From assembly GCA_963805865.1 (NCBI GenBank), contig CAWDVI010000003.1, forward strand, positions 334,131 through 398,130: a DNA stretch of 64,000 nt, in the 5' to 3' direction. How positions within the stretch are numbered: the stretch's first letter is position 1; every line of letters begins with the position of its first letter. The notes beneath the pieces were generated by a model, which had not been told where the DNA came from, did no database searches, and saw only the letters and a list, made by a program, of their open reading frames with translations. Below are positions 9,289 through 23,816 of the stretch, one piece after another. The translations under genes were made by a program, and so were the position numbers. This DNA is from an uncultured bacterium. GTDB taxonomy: Bacteria; Patescibacteriota; Saccharimonadia; Saccharimonadales; UBA4665.

Positions 9289-9622
9289 CGGCTTTGGCGA
9301 CTTCGGTGAAGGCTTCGGGCTGGTTGACGGCCAGTTCGGCCAGAATCTTGCGGTCCAGTTCAATGTTGGCCTTCTTCAGGCCGGCGATTAGCTGGCTGTA
9401 GGTGGTGCCGTTTAGGCGGGCGGCGGCGTTGATGCGGGCGTTCCACAGCTGGCGGAAGGTCCGCTTGCGGTTTTTGCGGTCGCGGGTGGCGTAGACCAGC
9501 GATTTGGTGACGGCCTGTTTGCCGCGGCGCGCACTGGCGCGGTGGGTGTGCGACATGCCTTTGGTGGCTTTGCGGATCTTATTGTGCCGCTTGTTGGCGG
9601 TGACGCCTCTTTTTACGCGCAT
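9278..9622 (-). CDS. rplT: 50S ribosomal protein L20
   Basis: [45 protein letters not shown]. Confidence 0.95.
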   Translation of the reverse strand: MRVKRGVTANKRHNKIRKATKGMSHTHRASARRGKQAVTKSLVYATRDRKNRKRTFRQLWNARINAAARLNGTTYSQLIAGLKKANIELDRKILAELAVNQPEAFTEVAKAAKK

Positions 9623-9625
9623 TGG

Positions 9626-9820
9626 TTATACTCCTAAATTCCGTTTAATACTGCGGGCTGCTGCGCCTGTGCGGGTTTTCAGACCGGTCAGGGCACGCTT
9701 GCGGCTACCGCGCTTCTTGCGCAGGAAGTGGTTCATGTTGGGATGGCCGGCACGAACCTTGCCGTTCTTACTGACTTTGACGCGGTCTTTGGTACCGCTA
9801 TGCGTCTTGAGTTTGGGCAT
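9626..9820 (-). CDS. rpmI: 50S ribosomal protein L35
   Basis: MPKLKTHSGTKDRVKVSKNGKVRAGHPNMNHFLRKK, preceded by GAGGAG. Lies in the same open frame as infC. Confidence 0.9.
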   Translation of the reverse strand: MPKLKTHSGTKDRVKVSKNGKVRAGHPNMNHFLRKKRGSRKRALTGLKTRTGAAARSIKRNLGV

Positions 9821-10390
9821 CATTCTCCTCTGCTTTATGCCTCTGTATTCTGATCGGTTGGCCTTGTAGGTTACTTCGCCTTTGCCGCTAGCGCGGGCTA
9901 CGAAGTTGAGCTGTCGGCCAGCCAGTTGCGGCGGCTGATCAACCACTATTGTATCACCGAAATCGGCGATGACCTGTTCGGCCAGCTTGAACCCCAGCTC
10001 TTTGTGGGCCTGCTCGCGGCCGCGGTAGAAGACGGTAATCTTAACCTTGTGCCCGGCCTGCAGGAATTTGGCGACCTTGCCCATCTTGATATCCAGGTCG
10101 TGTTGGCCGATTTTCAGCCCGAACCGCATCTGTTTCATATCGAGCGATTTGGAGCTCTTGCGGTTCTTCTGGCGCTGTTTGGTCTGCTGGTAGTTGTATT
10201 TACCCCAGTCGACCACTTTGCATACCGGCGGATCGGCGTTTGGCGAAATCTCTACCAGGTCCAAACCGCTTTCCTCGGCCACTTGCAGGGCTTCCTGCTT
10301 GCTTAGAACGCCGAGTTGTTTCCCGTCCTCGTCGATAACCCTGAGGTTGGGTGCCCGAATCTGTCCGTTCAGGCGGGTGTGTTTGGCGAT
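9821..10390 (-). CDS. infC: translation initiation factor IF-3 (non-ATG start, probably ATC at 10390; no in-frame stop before rpmI as given)
   Basis: Reads IAKHTRLNGQIRAPNLRVIDEDGKQLGVLSKQEALQVAEESGLDLVEISPNADPPVCKVVDWGKY..VFYRGREQAH. GGAG lies upstream of the ATC. Confidence 0.8.
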
Positions 10391-10472
10391 AGAAGTTTCT
10401 CCTTACCCGTTAGCCTTGATATTGCAAAGTACCAAGCATTGTAACAGATGTGATGACAGAGGTCAAACGGAT

Positions 10473-12005
10473 TTAGGTGCGGTAGGCCAGGGCTTCGCTG
10501 ACGTGGCCGGCCGTTATGGGGCTGGAGCGGTCCAGGTCGGCGATGGTGCGGGCTACTTTGACGGCGCGCATATAGCCCGGGCCGAGAGCCCGCTCTTCGG
10601 GCGGCGGTATTTAGTGACGTCCTCGGCCTCTGTTTGGAGCCGGCCGTGGCGCTTGATGTCGGCATTAGTCATGTCGGCGTTGAGTTTGTCGGTGCGGCCG
10701 TAGCGGGCGGCTTGGAGTTGGCGGGCGTTGGCGACCTGGCCAGCGTTGGCTTTGTCGGATTGTTGGTCGGCGGCTTGCCTGAGGAGCTTGGCGTATTTGA
10801 CGTCGTGGACAGGGGTGCAGAGGTCTATGCGGTCCAGGATAGGGCCGGACAGCCGGCGGGCGTATTGCTTGAACTTGGTGGGGTAGGCAGGCACAGCTAT
10901 CGGCGCCGGTGTAGTAGCCGCAAGGGCAGGGGTTGGCGGTAGCTACCAGAATAAAATTGGCCGGATATTCCACCGTGTCTTTGGCGCGGGCCACACTGAT
11001 AACGCGGTCTTCCAGTGGTTGGCGGAGGGCTTCCAGGGTGGGGCGGCCGAACTCCGGCAGTTCGTCAAAGAACAGGATGCCGCGGTGGGCCAGGCTGATT
11101 TCGCCGGGGCGGAGCGGCTGGCCGCCACCGATGATGGCCGCTTGGCTGGCGCTATGGTGCGGGGCGCGGAATGGCCGCTCAGTAACAATCTGCTCATAGT
11201 CCTGGCTGGCCAGACTGTGCAGTTGGGTGACCTCCAGCACCTCTTCGCGGCTGAGTGGCGGCAGAAGGGAGGGCAGGGCCTTGGCCAGCATGCTCTTGCC
11301 GGTGCCGGGCGGGCCGTTGAAAAAGACGTTGTGACCGCCGGCCGCGGCGATCAGGAGGGCCCGCTTGGCTTGCTCCTGCCCGGCGATCTCACTGAGGTAG
11401 ACGGCCGCCTCGGGCGTTGCTGGTGCCGCGGCCGCGTCATACAGGCCACCGCCAGTGCTCACGGCCATGATCGGCGCCATGCCCGCCAGGTGTACATAAA
11501 GCTCCTGCAGACTGTTGACGGGTACTAGCCGGACGTTTGGCACCAGCCGGGCCTGCTCCAGGTTAGCCGCCGGAATATAAAAAGTACTCAGGCCTTTGGC
11601 GCGCCCAGCCAACAGTTTACCGATGATGCCGCGGACGGCCCGCACCGAGCCGTCCAGGCCCAGTTCACCGATGAAAGCACAGCCCGGCGGTACGCTGACC
11701 GCCTCCAGCTGGCCGCCGGCCAATAGGATACTCATGGCGATGGCCAGATCAAAGCCGCTATCGGCCTTGGGGATGTCGGCCGGCGCCAGATTAACAGTGA
11801 TACGCTTGCGAGGTAGCATTATATGGCTAGTCGCGAAAGCACCCCTGATACGCTCCCTGGCTTCACCAACCGACCGGTTAGCAAAACCGACGATCACGAT
11901 ATTCGGCAGGTTATTGGACAGGTGGCACTCGATATCAACGACGATACCGGTAGCCCCTGAAGCGATAATACTGTGTACCCGGGCACCCATATGAATGAAC
12001 TCCAT
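10473..12005 (-). CDS. comM: Mg-chelatase-like ATPase ComM/YifB; at least two frame switches in the 3' third
   Basis: ORF 10665..12005 has GPPGTGKSMLAKAL..ILFFDELPEF..NPCPCGY. It continues in 10553..10894 (LSGPILDRIDL) and a third frame (RAVKVARTIADLD..HVSEALAYRT, stop 10473..10475). Confidence 0.8.
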
Positions 12006-12644
12006 TTAACGGCTGTTTTAATGGCTGTCCAAAAGTAAAACACCTTGCCCCGGGAAAGGCAAGGTGCTTTAACTATAATTTAAGGTTTTTGTTTAGCGTT
12101 TGGTTTTAAAGGTTTTAGTGTCTCTTTTGGCGGAACAACGACTTGCGAGAAATCGTTGTTCCGTCTTTGGTCGTTTTTGTTTTTGAGCACTAGATTTGTT
12201 CAAGTGCTAATCACATCTTATAGAATAGCTAAAACCACGTCAATAACAATTATGCTTAATTTCTTCATAAACCTGTGCATAACTTTCATGGTGGCGGCCG
12301 GCGGGCCCGCCCGGGAAGCATTGACTTTTGAAGCCGCTTATGCTAGATTGGACATGTAAGTCACCAAAACAAAAACTACAATTTGGACTAGTCAAGACTA
12401 GTAAATCAAGACTAGGAAAGCCGGTGAGGGGCCGACTTACGAACGAAAACTTATCGGGTACCGCGACGTAAAAGTATGGTACCCATACACGGAGTTTTCC
12501 GTACGTCGCTCTTTGTGGCTTCCAACGCCATTCAAGAGCGGTCAGTCAAGCCGATGGGCGATAAGCGCTACATAGTAATTTTTATTAGAGCGGATTTATC
12601 GCCCCGGCACCATATCTCACCTTATCCCTGCATTATCTACATCT

Positions 12645-13040
12645 ATGAAATTAATAGCCTCGCGCTCCCATAACCACAGAAAGTGGCCGCTGTTAGCCCT
12701 GATAGCGGCCGATTTGGTGGTATTTTGCGCCACTAGCCCCCAGAACGCCTCGTCAATCGTACTGTTCATCGGCTTTTTACTGCTTATGGCTAATTTTTAC
12801 GTGCTTTTACTGGGCGCGCTCCGGCTGGTTGCCTGGTATGGCATCTCGCCGGGCCGGTATCGCAAGCGGTTTATCAGGCTGACGGCCGGTGTGTTCAGCG
12901 GCCTGGTGGCTCTGCAGTCCATCGGTGAGCTGAGCTCGCGCGATGTGTTGGTACTTTTACCGCTGGCGCTCATCGCGTATATCTACCTGTCTTATGGCCG
13001 CCGCGAGCCGGTAGCCGCCACCCCGGCGCTGACACAGTAG
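12645..13040 (+). CDS. small hypothetical membrane protein (about 4 TM helices)
   Basis: 131-aa ORF with hydrophobic helices; no recognisable family. Confidence 0.45.
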   Translation: MKLIASRSHNHRKWPLLALIAADLVVFCATSPQNASSIVLFIGFLLLMANFYVLLLGALRLVAWYGISPGRYRKRFIRLTAGVFSGLVALQSIGELSSRDVLVLLPLALIAYIYLSYGRREPVAATPALTQ

Positions 13041-13083
13041 CATAACTGGCATACATTACCGGTTTTAAGCTATAATATAGCCT

Positions 13084-13344
13084 ATGAATTCGTCTCCTCG
13101 GGAAACACCTGGTACCAGCTTGCCGGCTAACCAGCCGCCGGTTGATGACACCCCCACAACAACAGCGACTGTTCCACCGGTGTTAGATGACAACGATAAG
13201 GTTGAAAAAGCGTGGGTCGATAAAGTTAAGCGGATTATCCAGAAGACCAAGCACGATCCGTACCAGCAGAGTGAGGAGTTAACGGCACTGAAGGCTGACT
13301 ACATGAAACAGCATTACAACAAGATTATTAAAGTAGAAAAGTAG
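13084..13344 (+). CDS. hypothetical protein
   Basis: 86-aa ORF directly upstream of, and same-strand with, the T4SS-like ATPase. Confidence 0.45.
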   Translation: MNSSPRETPGTSLPANQPPVDDTPTTTATVPPVLDDNDKVEKAWVDKVKRIIQKTKHDPYQQSEELTALKADYMKQHYNKIIKVEK

Positions 13345-13351
13345 GCGCCAG

Positions 13352-16238
13352 GTGGCCTTTATACTAATCTTCCTGGTGCTAGTCTCGTTGGTGCTGGTGG
13401 TGGCCGGATCGCTGGCTTTCCTGCGGTTTCGCAAGACGTCCCGCGAACAAAAAAATTATGAACGGGGGTTGAAGTTCGTGCCGCTGTTCATCCATCTGCC
13501 GCCGCCCAGCGATGATATAGAGGTCGGCGCCCGCGACACCCGTGATGTTACCGAAGAGACTATCAGCAAGGCCCAGACCATCTACAACATCATTGCCAGT
13601 ACTTTTGAGAAGAATTTCAAACGTAGTTTTTATGGCCAGCGGCACTTTGTCTTCGAGATTGTGGCTACACACGGCTTCGTTTACTTCTACGCGGCAGTGC
13701 CGCTTAGCATGCTGGAGGTGGTTAAGCAGGCTGTGGTCAGTGCCTATCCGTCGGCTCAGCTAGAAGAGGTGGCCGAACACAATATATTTAATACCGTTGG
13801 CAAGAGTCAACGGGGTCTTAGGCGGCGAGCTGACGCTGAAAGAGTCGTTTGCTTACCCGATTGCCACCTATCAGGACATCAAGCGTGATGCCATGCAGTC
13901 CCTGCTCAACGCCCTGTCTACCCTTGGCAAAGAGGATGGCGTTGGTATACAGCTGCTGATGCGGCCGGCCAATCCGTCGTGGCAGAAGACCGCCACCTCG
14001 CTGGCCAGTAAAAAGCGCAAAGGCAACGACAAAGGCTTGTTCGGCGGCAATATGGCCAAGAGTCTAGCGGTAGCGATGGTCAAGCCGCCGGAGGGCGGCG
14101 GCGAGGGCGGCGACCCCAAGAAGCCGGACCTATCCAATCTGGAGCAGACCACCCTGGACGCCATCGACGAAAAGACCCGCCACCCCGGTTATGAAACGGT
14201 TATCCGGGTGGTAGTATCGTCCAACGTCAGCCAGCGTGCCCAAGCCATCCTGGCCAATATCGTCGCTAGTTTTTCGCTGTATGACGCGCCGGGGCGCAAC
14301 GGTTTCAAATATACCGCCGCCAAGGATACCGAGGAGCTGGCGACCAGCTACATCATGCGTTTTATGCCGCCAGAGCATAATAAGAACATCTTGAACTCCG
14401 TGGAATTGGCCACGCTGTTCCATTTTCCGGACCAGCGCTCTATTCCGACCTCCCAGTTGGCGCGGCAGGATTCCAAACAGGTGGACGGGCCGCGCAACGT
14501 TCCGGCTGAGGGGTTACTACTTGGCTATAACGTCTTCCGGGGCGCCAAGAAGCCGATACGCTTAGGGCTGGGCGACCGCCAGCGGCACATGTACGTGGTT
14601 GGACAGACCGGTGTCGGTAAGTCGACGTTCCTGGAAAACCTGGCCCTGCAGGATATGCTGAGCGGCAACGGTTTCGCGTTCGTTGACCCGCACGGCGATA
14701 CGGCCGAGAAGCTGCTGGCCATGGTGCCCAAAGAACGGACTGAGGATGTGATCTACTTTTCGCCGGCTGACATGGATTATCCGATGGGCTTAAATTTGTT
14801 CGAATTTAACGCGCCGGATCAGAAAGATTTCATCATCCAGGAAGTCCTAAATATGTTGTATAAATTATACGACCCACAGCATCAGGGCATCATGGGGCCG
14901 CGTTACGAGGACATGTTCCGCAACGCCGCGCTCGCTGTTATGGCCGACCCGGATGGCGGCACATTCATCGAAATTCCGCTGTTGTTCAGAGACCCACAAT
15001 TTTTGAAGGAAAAAATACAACACGTGACGGACGCCACGGTGCGCAATTTTTGGTTGAAGCAATATCCGTCCATGCAACGCTCCAATGAGGCCGGTGAAGT
15101 GACGGCTTGGTTCACCAGCAAGTTCGGTGCTTTTCTGAGTAACGAAATGATGCGCAACATTATCGGGCAGACTAAGAGCGCCTTTGATCTGCGCGACATC
15201 ATGGACAATAAAAAGATCTTGATTGTTAACCTCAGCAAAGGCCGCACCGGCGATTTGAACAGCAAACTGCTGGGTATGATCTTTGTTATGAAGTTCCAGG
15301 CGGCGGCCATGAGCCGGTCCAATATTCCGGAAGACGACCGGGTCGACTTTAGTCTGTACGTAGATGAGTTCCAGAACTTTTCAACCGACTCGTTCGCGAC
15401 CATTATGTCCGAGGCTCGTAAGTATCACCTGAACCTGATCGTGGCCAACCAGTTCACCACCCAGCTGACGGAGGAAATCCGCGACGCCGTCTTTGGCAAC
15501 ATGGGTACCATCATCGCTTTCCGTGTCGGCCAGAACGACGTAGAGGCGCTGACGCGCTACTTCCAGCCGATCTTTGACCAGGACGACCTACTGCGCGTGC
15601 CGAACTACAACACGATCGTGCGCACCCTGATTGGCGGCGTGCCGACCCAGCCGTTCAGCATGGCGACCTTGCCGAGCCTCGGGACGCCTAATCCGCGCCT
15701 GTCAGATGCTCTTAAACAGCTATCGGCGGCCAAATATGGCAAACCGCGGGGCGTGGTGGAAAAAGAGATTGGCCGGCGTATCGCGACCAGGCCGGCGGCC
15801 GCCCGGCCAGCCGCCGGCGCCGGTCTTGGCGCCACGCCAAGCGGCTCGCCGTATGCCCGGCCGACCGCTGGGCCAGCCGGACCGCAGCCCCAGCCAGCTG
15901 CTCCGGCTGGCGGCGGCTCATTCCTGGATAACTGGCTGACCAAGCGCCGCCCCCACCACACTCCGGCTCAAGCCCCAGCGGCCCCAGCCCCTAAGCCGCC
16001 CAAGTCTCCTAAACCCCCAACTACCAAGACCAAGAACATTTCCAGCGATGAGCTGGCCCAGGATGAGGTAGACAAGATAGCCGCCGAGCTAAAGCAGGAG
16101 CTTGACCAATCCAAGAGCACGACTAAGAAACCGGCCGCCAAGAAAACCGAGCACGTCGCCGATCTCCAGCCGGGTAAAGACGACACCATCTTCATCGATC
16201 GCGACGGCGGTTTCCGTCAAACCGACTCCAACCAATAA
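13352..16238 (+). CDS. TraG/TraD/VirD4-like (type IV coupling protein-like) P-loop ATPase with N-terminal TM and Pro/Ala-rich tail; frame switch ~13800
   Basis: ORF 13352..13888 (TM helix and N-domain) continues in 13797..16238. Walker A VVGQTGVGKSTF, Walker B LYVDEFQNF, then NLIVANQF..AVFGN. Confidence 0.7.
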
Positions 16239-16326
16239 CTCGTGGTCAGGTGCTTGTTAACGGGGTTGAGATCCGCTATACTATTAGGCAGTGGGACAAA
16301 AGTAAGACTCTAAATATATAGACTGA

Positions 16327-18318
<1,992 letters not shown>

Positions 18319-20967
18319 ATGGACGACGAAAATACGCCGATGGAAGACCAGCAGCCCGAGCTGATTCCGGAAATCCCCATGGAAGAGCGCCGCCGGGGCG
18401 TTGAGCACGCCGCCGACATCCTGGATTCCGGACACGCCCGCAGTGTGGAACGCCGGACCGTTGAAAATGTCATGGAAGACAGCTATTTGCGCTACTCCAT
18501 GAGCGTCATCATCGACCGCGCCTTGCCGGATGTGCGCGACGGCCTCAAGCCGGTGCACCGTCGCATCCTCTACAGCATGAACCAGGAAGGCCTGCGCTCC
18601 AGCGCCCGCCACCGCAAGAGCGCCAACGTCGTTGGCCAGGTGATGGGTAAATATCACCCGCACGGCGACTCGTCGATCTACGACGCCATGGTCCGCATGG
18701 CTCAGCCGTGGGCCATGCGCTACACGCTGGTCAACGGCCAGGGCAACTTTGGTTCGATGGACGGCGATCCGCCAGCCGCCATGCGCTATACAGAGGCCAA
18801 AATGGCCCGCCTGGCTGATGAAGCCTTGGCTGACATCGACAAAGAAACCGTCGATTATCGTGAAAATTACGACAGTACTACCGTGGAGCCGACTGTTTTG
18901 CCGGCCAAATTGCCTAACTTACTGCTGAACGGCCAGCTGGGTATCGCCGTCGGTATGGCTACTAATATCCCGCCGCACAACCTGGGCGAACTGATTGATG
19001 CCGAAGTGGCCCTGATCGACAACCCGGAAGCCACGCTGGACGACCTGCTGGAGCACATCAAAGGCCCGGATTTCCCGACGGGCGGTGTAATTTACGGCAA
19101 AGAGTCCATCCGCACGGCTTACGCGACCGGCCGCGGTGGCGTGGTGACCCGCGGCATTGCCGAAGTCGTGGAGGGCGCGAAAGGCCGTCACCAAATCATC
19201 ATCAGCGAGATTCCCTATGCTCTCAACAAAGAGACACTAATACTGAAGATTGCCGACTTGGTACGCGACAAGAAACTATCCGGCATCTCCGACTTGCGCG
19301 ACGAAACGGCCCGCGGCAAAGTGCGCATCGTTATAGACCTTAAAAAAGACGCTTATCCCAAGAAACTGCTCAACCAGCTGTACAAGATGACGCCGCTCCA
19401 GCAGAGCTTCCACTTCAACATGATGGCGCTGGTCGACGGCATCCAGCCGCGCGTGCTGGGCCTGCAGGACATCATCAGTGAGCACATAAAACACCGGGCC
19501 GTGGTGGTGCGCCGCCGCACCGAGTTTGAGCTCAGGAAGGCCCAGGAGCGGGCCCACGTCCTAGAAGGCCTCAAGACGGCGCTGGATCACATCGACGAGG
19601 TTATCAAGGTCATCCGTGCCTCACAGACCACTGAAGAGGCCCAGGCCAACCTAATCAAGAAGTTCAAGCTGACCGAGATCCAAGCCAAGGCCATCCTGGC
19701 TATGCAGTTGCGCACTCTGGCCGGCCTGGAGCGCCAGAAGATTGAAGACGAACTGGCCGAACTCAAGAAACTAATTGCCAACCTGGAAGCCATCCTGGCC
19801 GACGAAAAGAAAATCCGCAAGATTATTAAGGACGAACTGCTAGAACTCAAGAAAACGTACGGCGACGAGCGCCGCACCAAGGTGATTGCCGGCGAACTGG
19901 GCAAGATGAGCGACGAGGACCTGATTGCCGACGAGCAGGTGGTGGTGACGCTAACAGCCGCCAATTATGTTAAGCGCAGTCCGATTGCTGAGTACAAAAA
20001 ACAGGGGCGCGGCGGCAAGGGCCGGCGCGGCATGGCCACCCGTGAAGAAGACGTTATCGAGCACGTCGTGAACGCCTCCACGCACGATTTCCTGCTGTTC
20101 TTCACCAACAAGGGCCGCGTCTTCCGCATCAAGACCTACGAGGTGCCGGCTGTCGGCCTGAACGCCAAAGGCGTGGCGCTGGTTAACCTACTGCAACTTC
20201 AGCCAGAAGAGACCGTCAGCAGTGTCATCAACATCAGCAAGACCGACAACGCCCAGAACCTGATCATGTGCACAATCCGCGGCACGGTCAAGAAAACGCC
20301 GTTTGAGCAGTACAAGAACGTTCGCCAGAGCGGCCTGATCGCTATCCGGCTGGACGACGGCGACGAGCTGAAGTGGATCCGCATGACCACTGGCGACAAC
20401 GAAGTTGTTATTAGTACCAGCCAGGGCCAAGCCATCCGCTTCCACGAAAAAGGCGCCCGGCCGATGGGCCGCGTGGCTCGCGGCGTCCGCGGCATCCGTC
20501 TGCGCCCTGGCGATCGGGTAATCGGCATGGATATAGTCGAAAAGGGCGCCGATATCTTCGTCATCAGCAAATACGGCTACGGCAAACGCACCAGCATCGA
20601 CCAGTTCACGGCGCACGCCCGCGGCGGCGTCGGCATCCGCTCAGCCGTGGTTAATAAGAAGACCGGCGAGCTGGTCGGCGTCAACCGCTTGGACGAGGAC
20701 GACGGCCAAGAAGTCATTATCATCAGCAAGAACGGCCAGACCATCCGCCTCGGCCTTAAGAATATCCCGGCGCTGGGCCGCGCCACCCAGGGCGTGCGCA
20801 TCATGCGTCTCAATGACGGCGATGAGGTAGTCTCGCTAGCCTTGGTCGACAAAGTTGAAGACGGCGACGAAGAACCCGCCGACGAAACGCCTGAACTAGT
20901 CAAAGACGACGCCAAAGCCGTTAAAGCCACCAAAAAGGCTCCTGCCAAAAAACCTAAGAAGAAGTGA
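18319..20967 (+). CDS. gyrA: DNA gyrase subunit A
   Basis: [57 protein letters not shown], with C-terminal beta-pinwheel repeats and a Lys-rich tail. Confidence 0.95.
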   Translation: MDDENTPMEDQQPELIPEIPMEERRRGVEHAADILDSGHARSVERRTVENVMEDSYLRYSMSVIIDRALPDVRDGLKPVHRRILYSMNQEGLRSSARHRKSANVVGQVMGKYHPHGDSSIYDAMVRMAQPWAMRYTLVNGQGNFGSMDGDPPAAMRYTEAKMARLADEALADIDKETVDYRENYDSTTVEPTVLPAKLPNLLLNGQLGIAVGMATNIPPHNLGELIDAEVALIDNPEATLDDLLEHIKGPDFPTGGVIYGKESIRTAYATGRGGVVTRGIAEVVEGAKGRHQIIISEIPYALNKETLILKIADLVRDKKLSGISDLRDETARGKVRIVIDLKKDAYPKKLLNQLYKMTPLQQSFHFNMMALVDGIQPRVLGLQDIISEHIKHRAVVVRRRTEFELRKAQERAHVLEGLKTALDHIDEVIKVIRASQTTEEAQANLIKKFKLTEIQAKAILAMQLRTLAGLERQKIEDELAELKKLIANLEAILADEKKIRKIIKDELLELKKTYGDERRTKVIAGELGKMSDEDLIADEQVVVTLTAANYVKRSPIAEYKKQGRGGKGRRGMATREEDVIEHVVNASTHDFLLFFTNKGRVFRIKTYEVPAVGLNAKGVALVNLLQLQPEETVSSVINISKTDNAQNLIMCTIRGTVKKTPFEQYKNVRQSGLIAIRLDDGDELKWIRMTTGDNEVVISTSQGQAIRFHEKGARPMGRVARGVRGIRLRPGDRVIGMDIVEKGADIFVISKYGYGKRTSIDQFTAHARGGVGIRSAVVNKKTGELVGVNRLDEDDGQEVIIISKNGQTIRLGLKNIPALGRATQGVRIMRLNDGDEVVSLALVDKVEDGDEEPADETPELVKDDAKAVKATKKAPAKKPKKK

Positions 20968-21313
20968 CGACCCGGCCCCGATAGCGGTAGGGTGTGCCCG
21001 TACGCTTGGCTAAAATCTCCATCTGTTCATCAAATAGCTTATCAACCAGTCGCCACTGGTAGTCAGAATAGTTACGCAATGCCTTATCCAGTGGCTCAGC
21101 CCTAAAATAAAGAGGGTAGAAGGCCACCTTGGAGCTAACTACAAAACCTTTTGACTCTAGATCGCGAAGAACCCTGTAAAGGCTACTCCGCGGCTTACTC
21201 AGTCTCTTTGCTAAATCTGTGGCGTTACTGCCGCCGTCCTGAAACAGGCTTTCATAGCATGCTAAAGCGGTCTGACTCAGACCGATTCCTCGCAACGCAT
21301 TGTAACTGGCCAT
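20954..21313 (-). CDS. TrmB/MarR-like winged-helix transcriptional regulator
   Basis: [53 protein letters not shown]. Confidence 0.6.
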   Translation of the reverse strand: MASYNALRGIGLSQTALACYESLFQDGGSNATDLAKRLSKPRSSLYRVLRDLESKGFVVSSKVAFYPLYFRAEPLDKALRNYSDYQWRLVDKLFDEQMEILAKRTGTPYRYRGRVVTSS

Positions 21314-21523
21314 GATAACAGTATGTATCGGACGCCTTTATTTACCACGCAATTATAATGAAATCTTAATTAGCAATTCTCATATACCCCTAACCCCTAA
21401 CGCCTAATCCCAAACCCCATTTTTACCTACCTGCAATTTTTCACAAAAAAATAGGAAGCTCCCATCTCCAAGGAGTCAAAATAGACCATTATCAAAAATT
21501 TGTGAAAATCTGCAGGTGCCCTT

Positions 21524-21568
21524 GTGCGGGCAGGGTGCGGGCAGGTGCGGGCAGGTGCGGGCAGGTGC
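21524..21568 (+). repeat. G-rich tandem repeat (about 4.5 x 10-11 nt, GTGCGGGCAG(G))
   Basis: gtgcgggcagg gtgcgggcag gtgcgggcag gtgcgggcag gtgc; at least five GGG tracts separated by 7 nt or fewer. Confidence 0.85.
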
Positions 21569-21641
21569 TAATGGTAATGGTGAACGCTCAACAGCTAAGT
21601 ATACGGTGTAGGAAATACATCATCGGCAGACAATTTACCCC

Positions 21642-21671
21642 TTGACCAAAGTGCTGTAACTACGGTATGAT
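21642..21671 (+). promoter_or_regulatory. candidate sigma70-type promoter of the 16S rRNA gene
   Basis: TTGACC, 18 nt, TATGAT, about 175 nt upstream of the 16S. Confidence 0.45.
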
Positions 21672-21844
21672 GGTTTGAATGGCTTGACGGGGGCATACTA
21701 TGAGTCGCTCCACCGCGACTCGCCCGACGCATGCCATCAGTACGTTAAAAATTGAGTAGTGCAAATCAACGTCAGTTCACATAGTACTTCGGTACTTGAA
21801 CTGTTTTAAGTAAGTCAATGTTTGACTGAAGCTAGAACAGATTC

Positions 21845-23311
<1,467 letters not shown>

Positions 23312-23487
23312 AGGGAGAAAACTAGCATCGAGCCGAGCAATCGCTCGAGAGCTAGGTCGATCTTGGTAGATTGTTGAATCAGTACTGGCAATTTACTTCA
23401 TCCACTTCGGTGGACAAGATACCAGCTAACTGTAAATCGAGCTGACGTTGAGATGCACTACTCAGTTTTGAACTGAACCAATGTTTG

Positions 23488-23517
23488 AAAAGAGCGCCCT
23501 GCGAGAGCGCTCTTTTT
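23488..23517 (+). terminator. rho-independent terminator downstream of 16S (copy 1 of a duplicated hairpin)
   Basis: AGAGCGC-cctgcgaga-GCGCTCT followed by TTTTT; same hairpin recurs at 23782..23813. Confidence 0.65.
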
Positions 23518-23588
23518 GATTGTGGATTATCTCATAGGCGGCTGGCCGCCCACGGGATACAATCGGGCTTGTTAATAGAGGAGGGCAT

Positions 23589-23762
23589 ATGAATAAGTTC
23601 GGTCCGGCCGCACAGCAGGAAGTTGAAAAAGCCGTGCATGAATATAAGCGCGGCGACCTGAAGTCGGGCAAATCCGACCAAAAGGTCAAGAGTCGCGAGC
23701 AGGCCGTGGCCATAGGTCTGTCCAAAGCCCGCAAGAAAGGCGCCAAAGCCCCAAAGCAATAA
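23589..23762 (+). CDS. small basic protein (57 aa) of a conserved small-protein type (HEYKRG..LKSGKS..AIAIGLS-like)
   Basis: Not in the ORF track (under 60 aa). AGAGGAGGG RBS, then MNKFGPAAQQEVEKAVHEYKRGDLKSGKSDQKVKSREQAVAIGLSKARKKGAKAPKQ. Confidence 0.6.
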   Translation: MNKFGPAAQQEVEKAVHEYKRGDLKSGKSDQKVKSREQAVAIGLSKARKKGAKAPKQ

Positions 23763-23781
23763 AGAACACCCTAGAAATGCT

Positions 23782-23813
23782 AAAGAGCGCCCTGCGAGAG
23801 CGCTCTTATTTTT
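23782..23813. terminator. bidirectional terminator hairpin (copy 2)
   Basis: Same AGAGCGC..GCGCTCT hairpin with T-rich tail, between convergent genes. Confidence 0.6.
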
Positions 23814-23816
23814 AAT

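Noticed and set aside
9926-11528. Plus-strand ORFs antisense to infC and comM (9926..10306, 10194..10703, 10634..10942, 11019..11528)
   Set aside because: They overlap well-supported minus-strand genes and show no recognisable motifs.
21524-21568. CRISPR array
   Set aside because: The repeat consists of contiguous 10-11 nt units without spacers. No cas genes and no repeat-spacer periodicity occur anywhere in the window.
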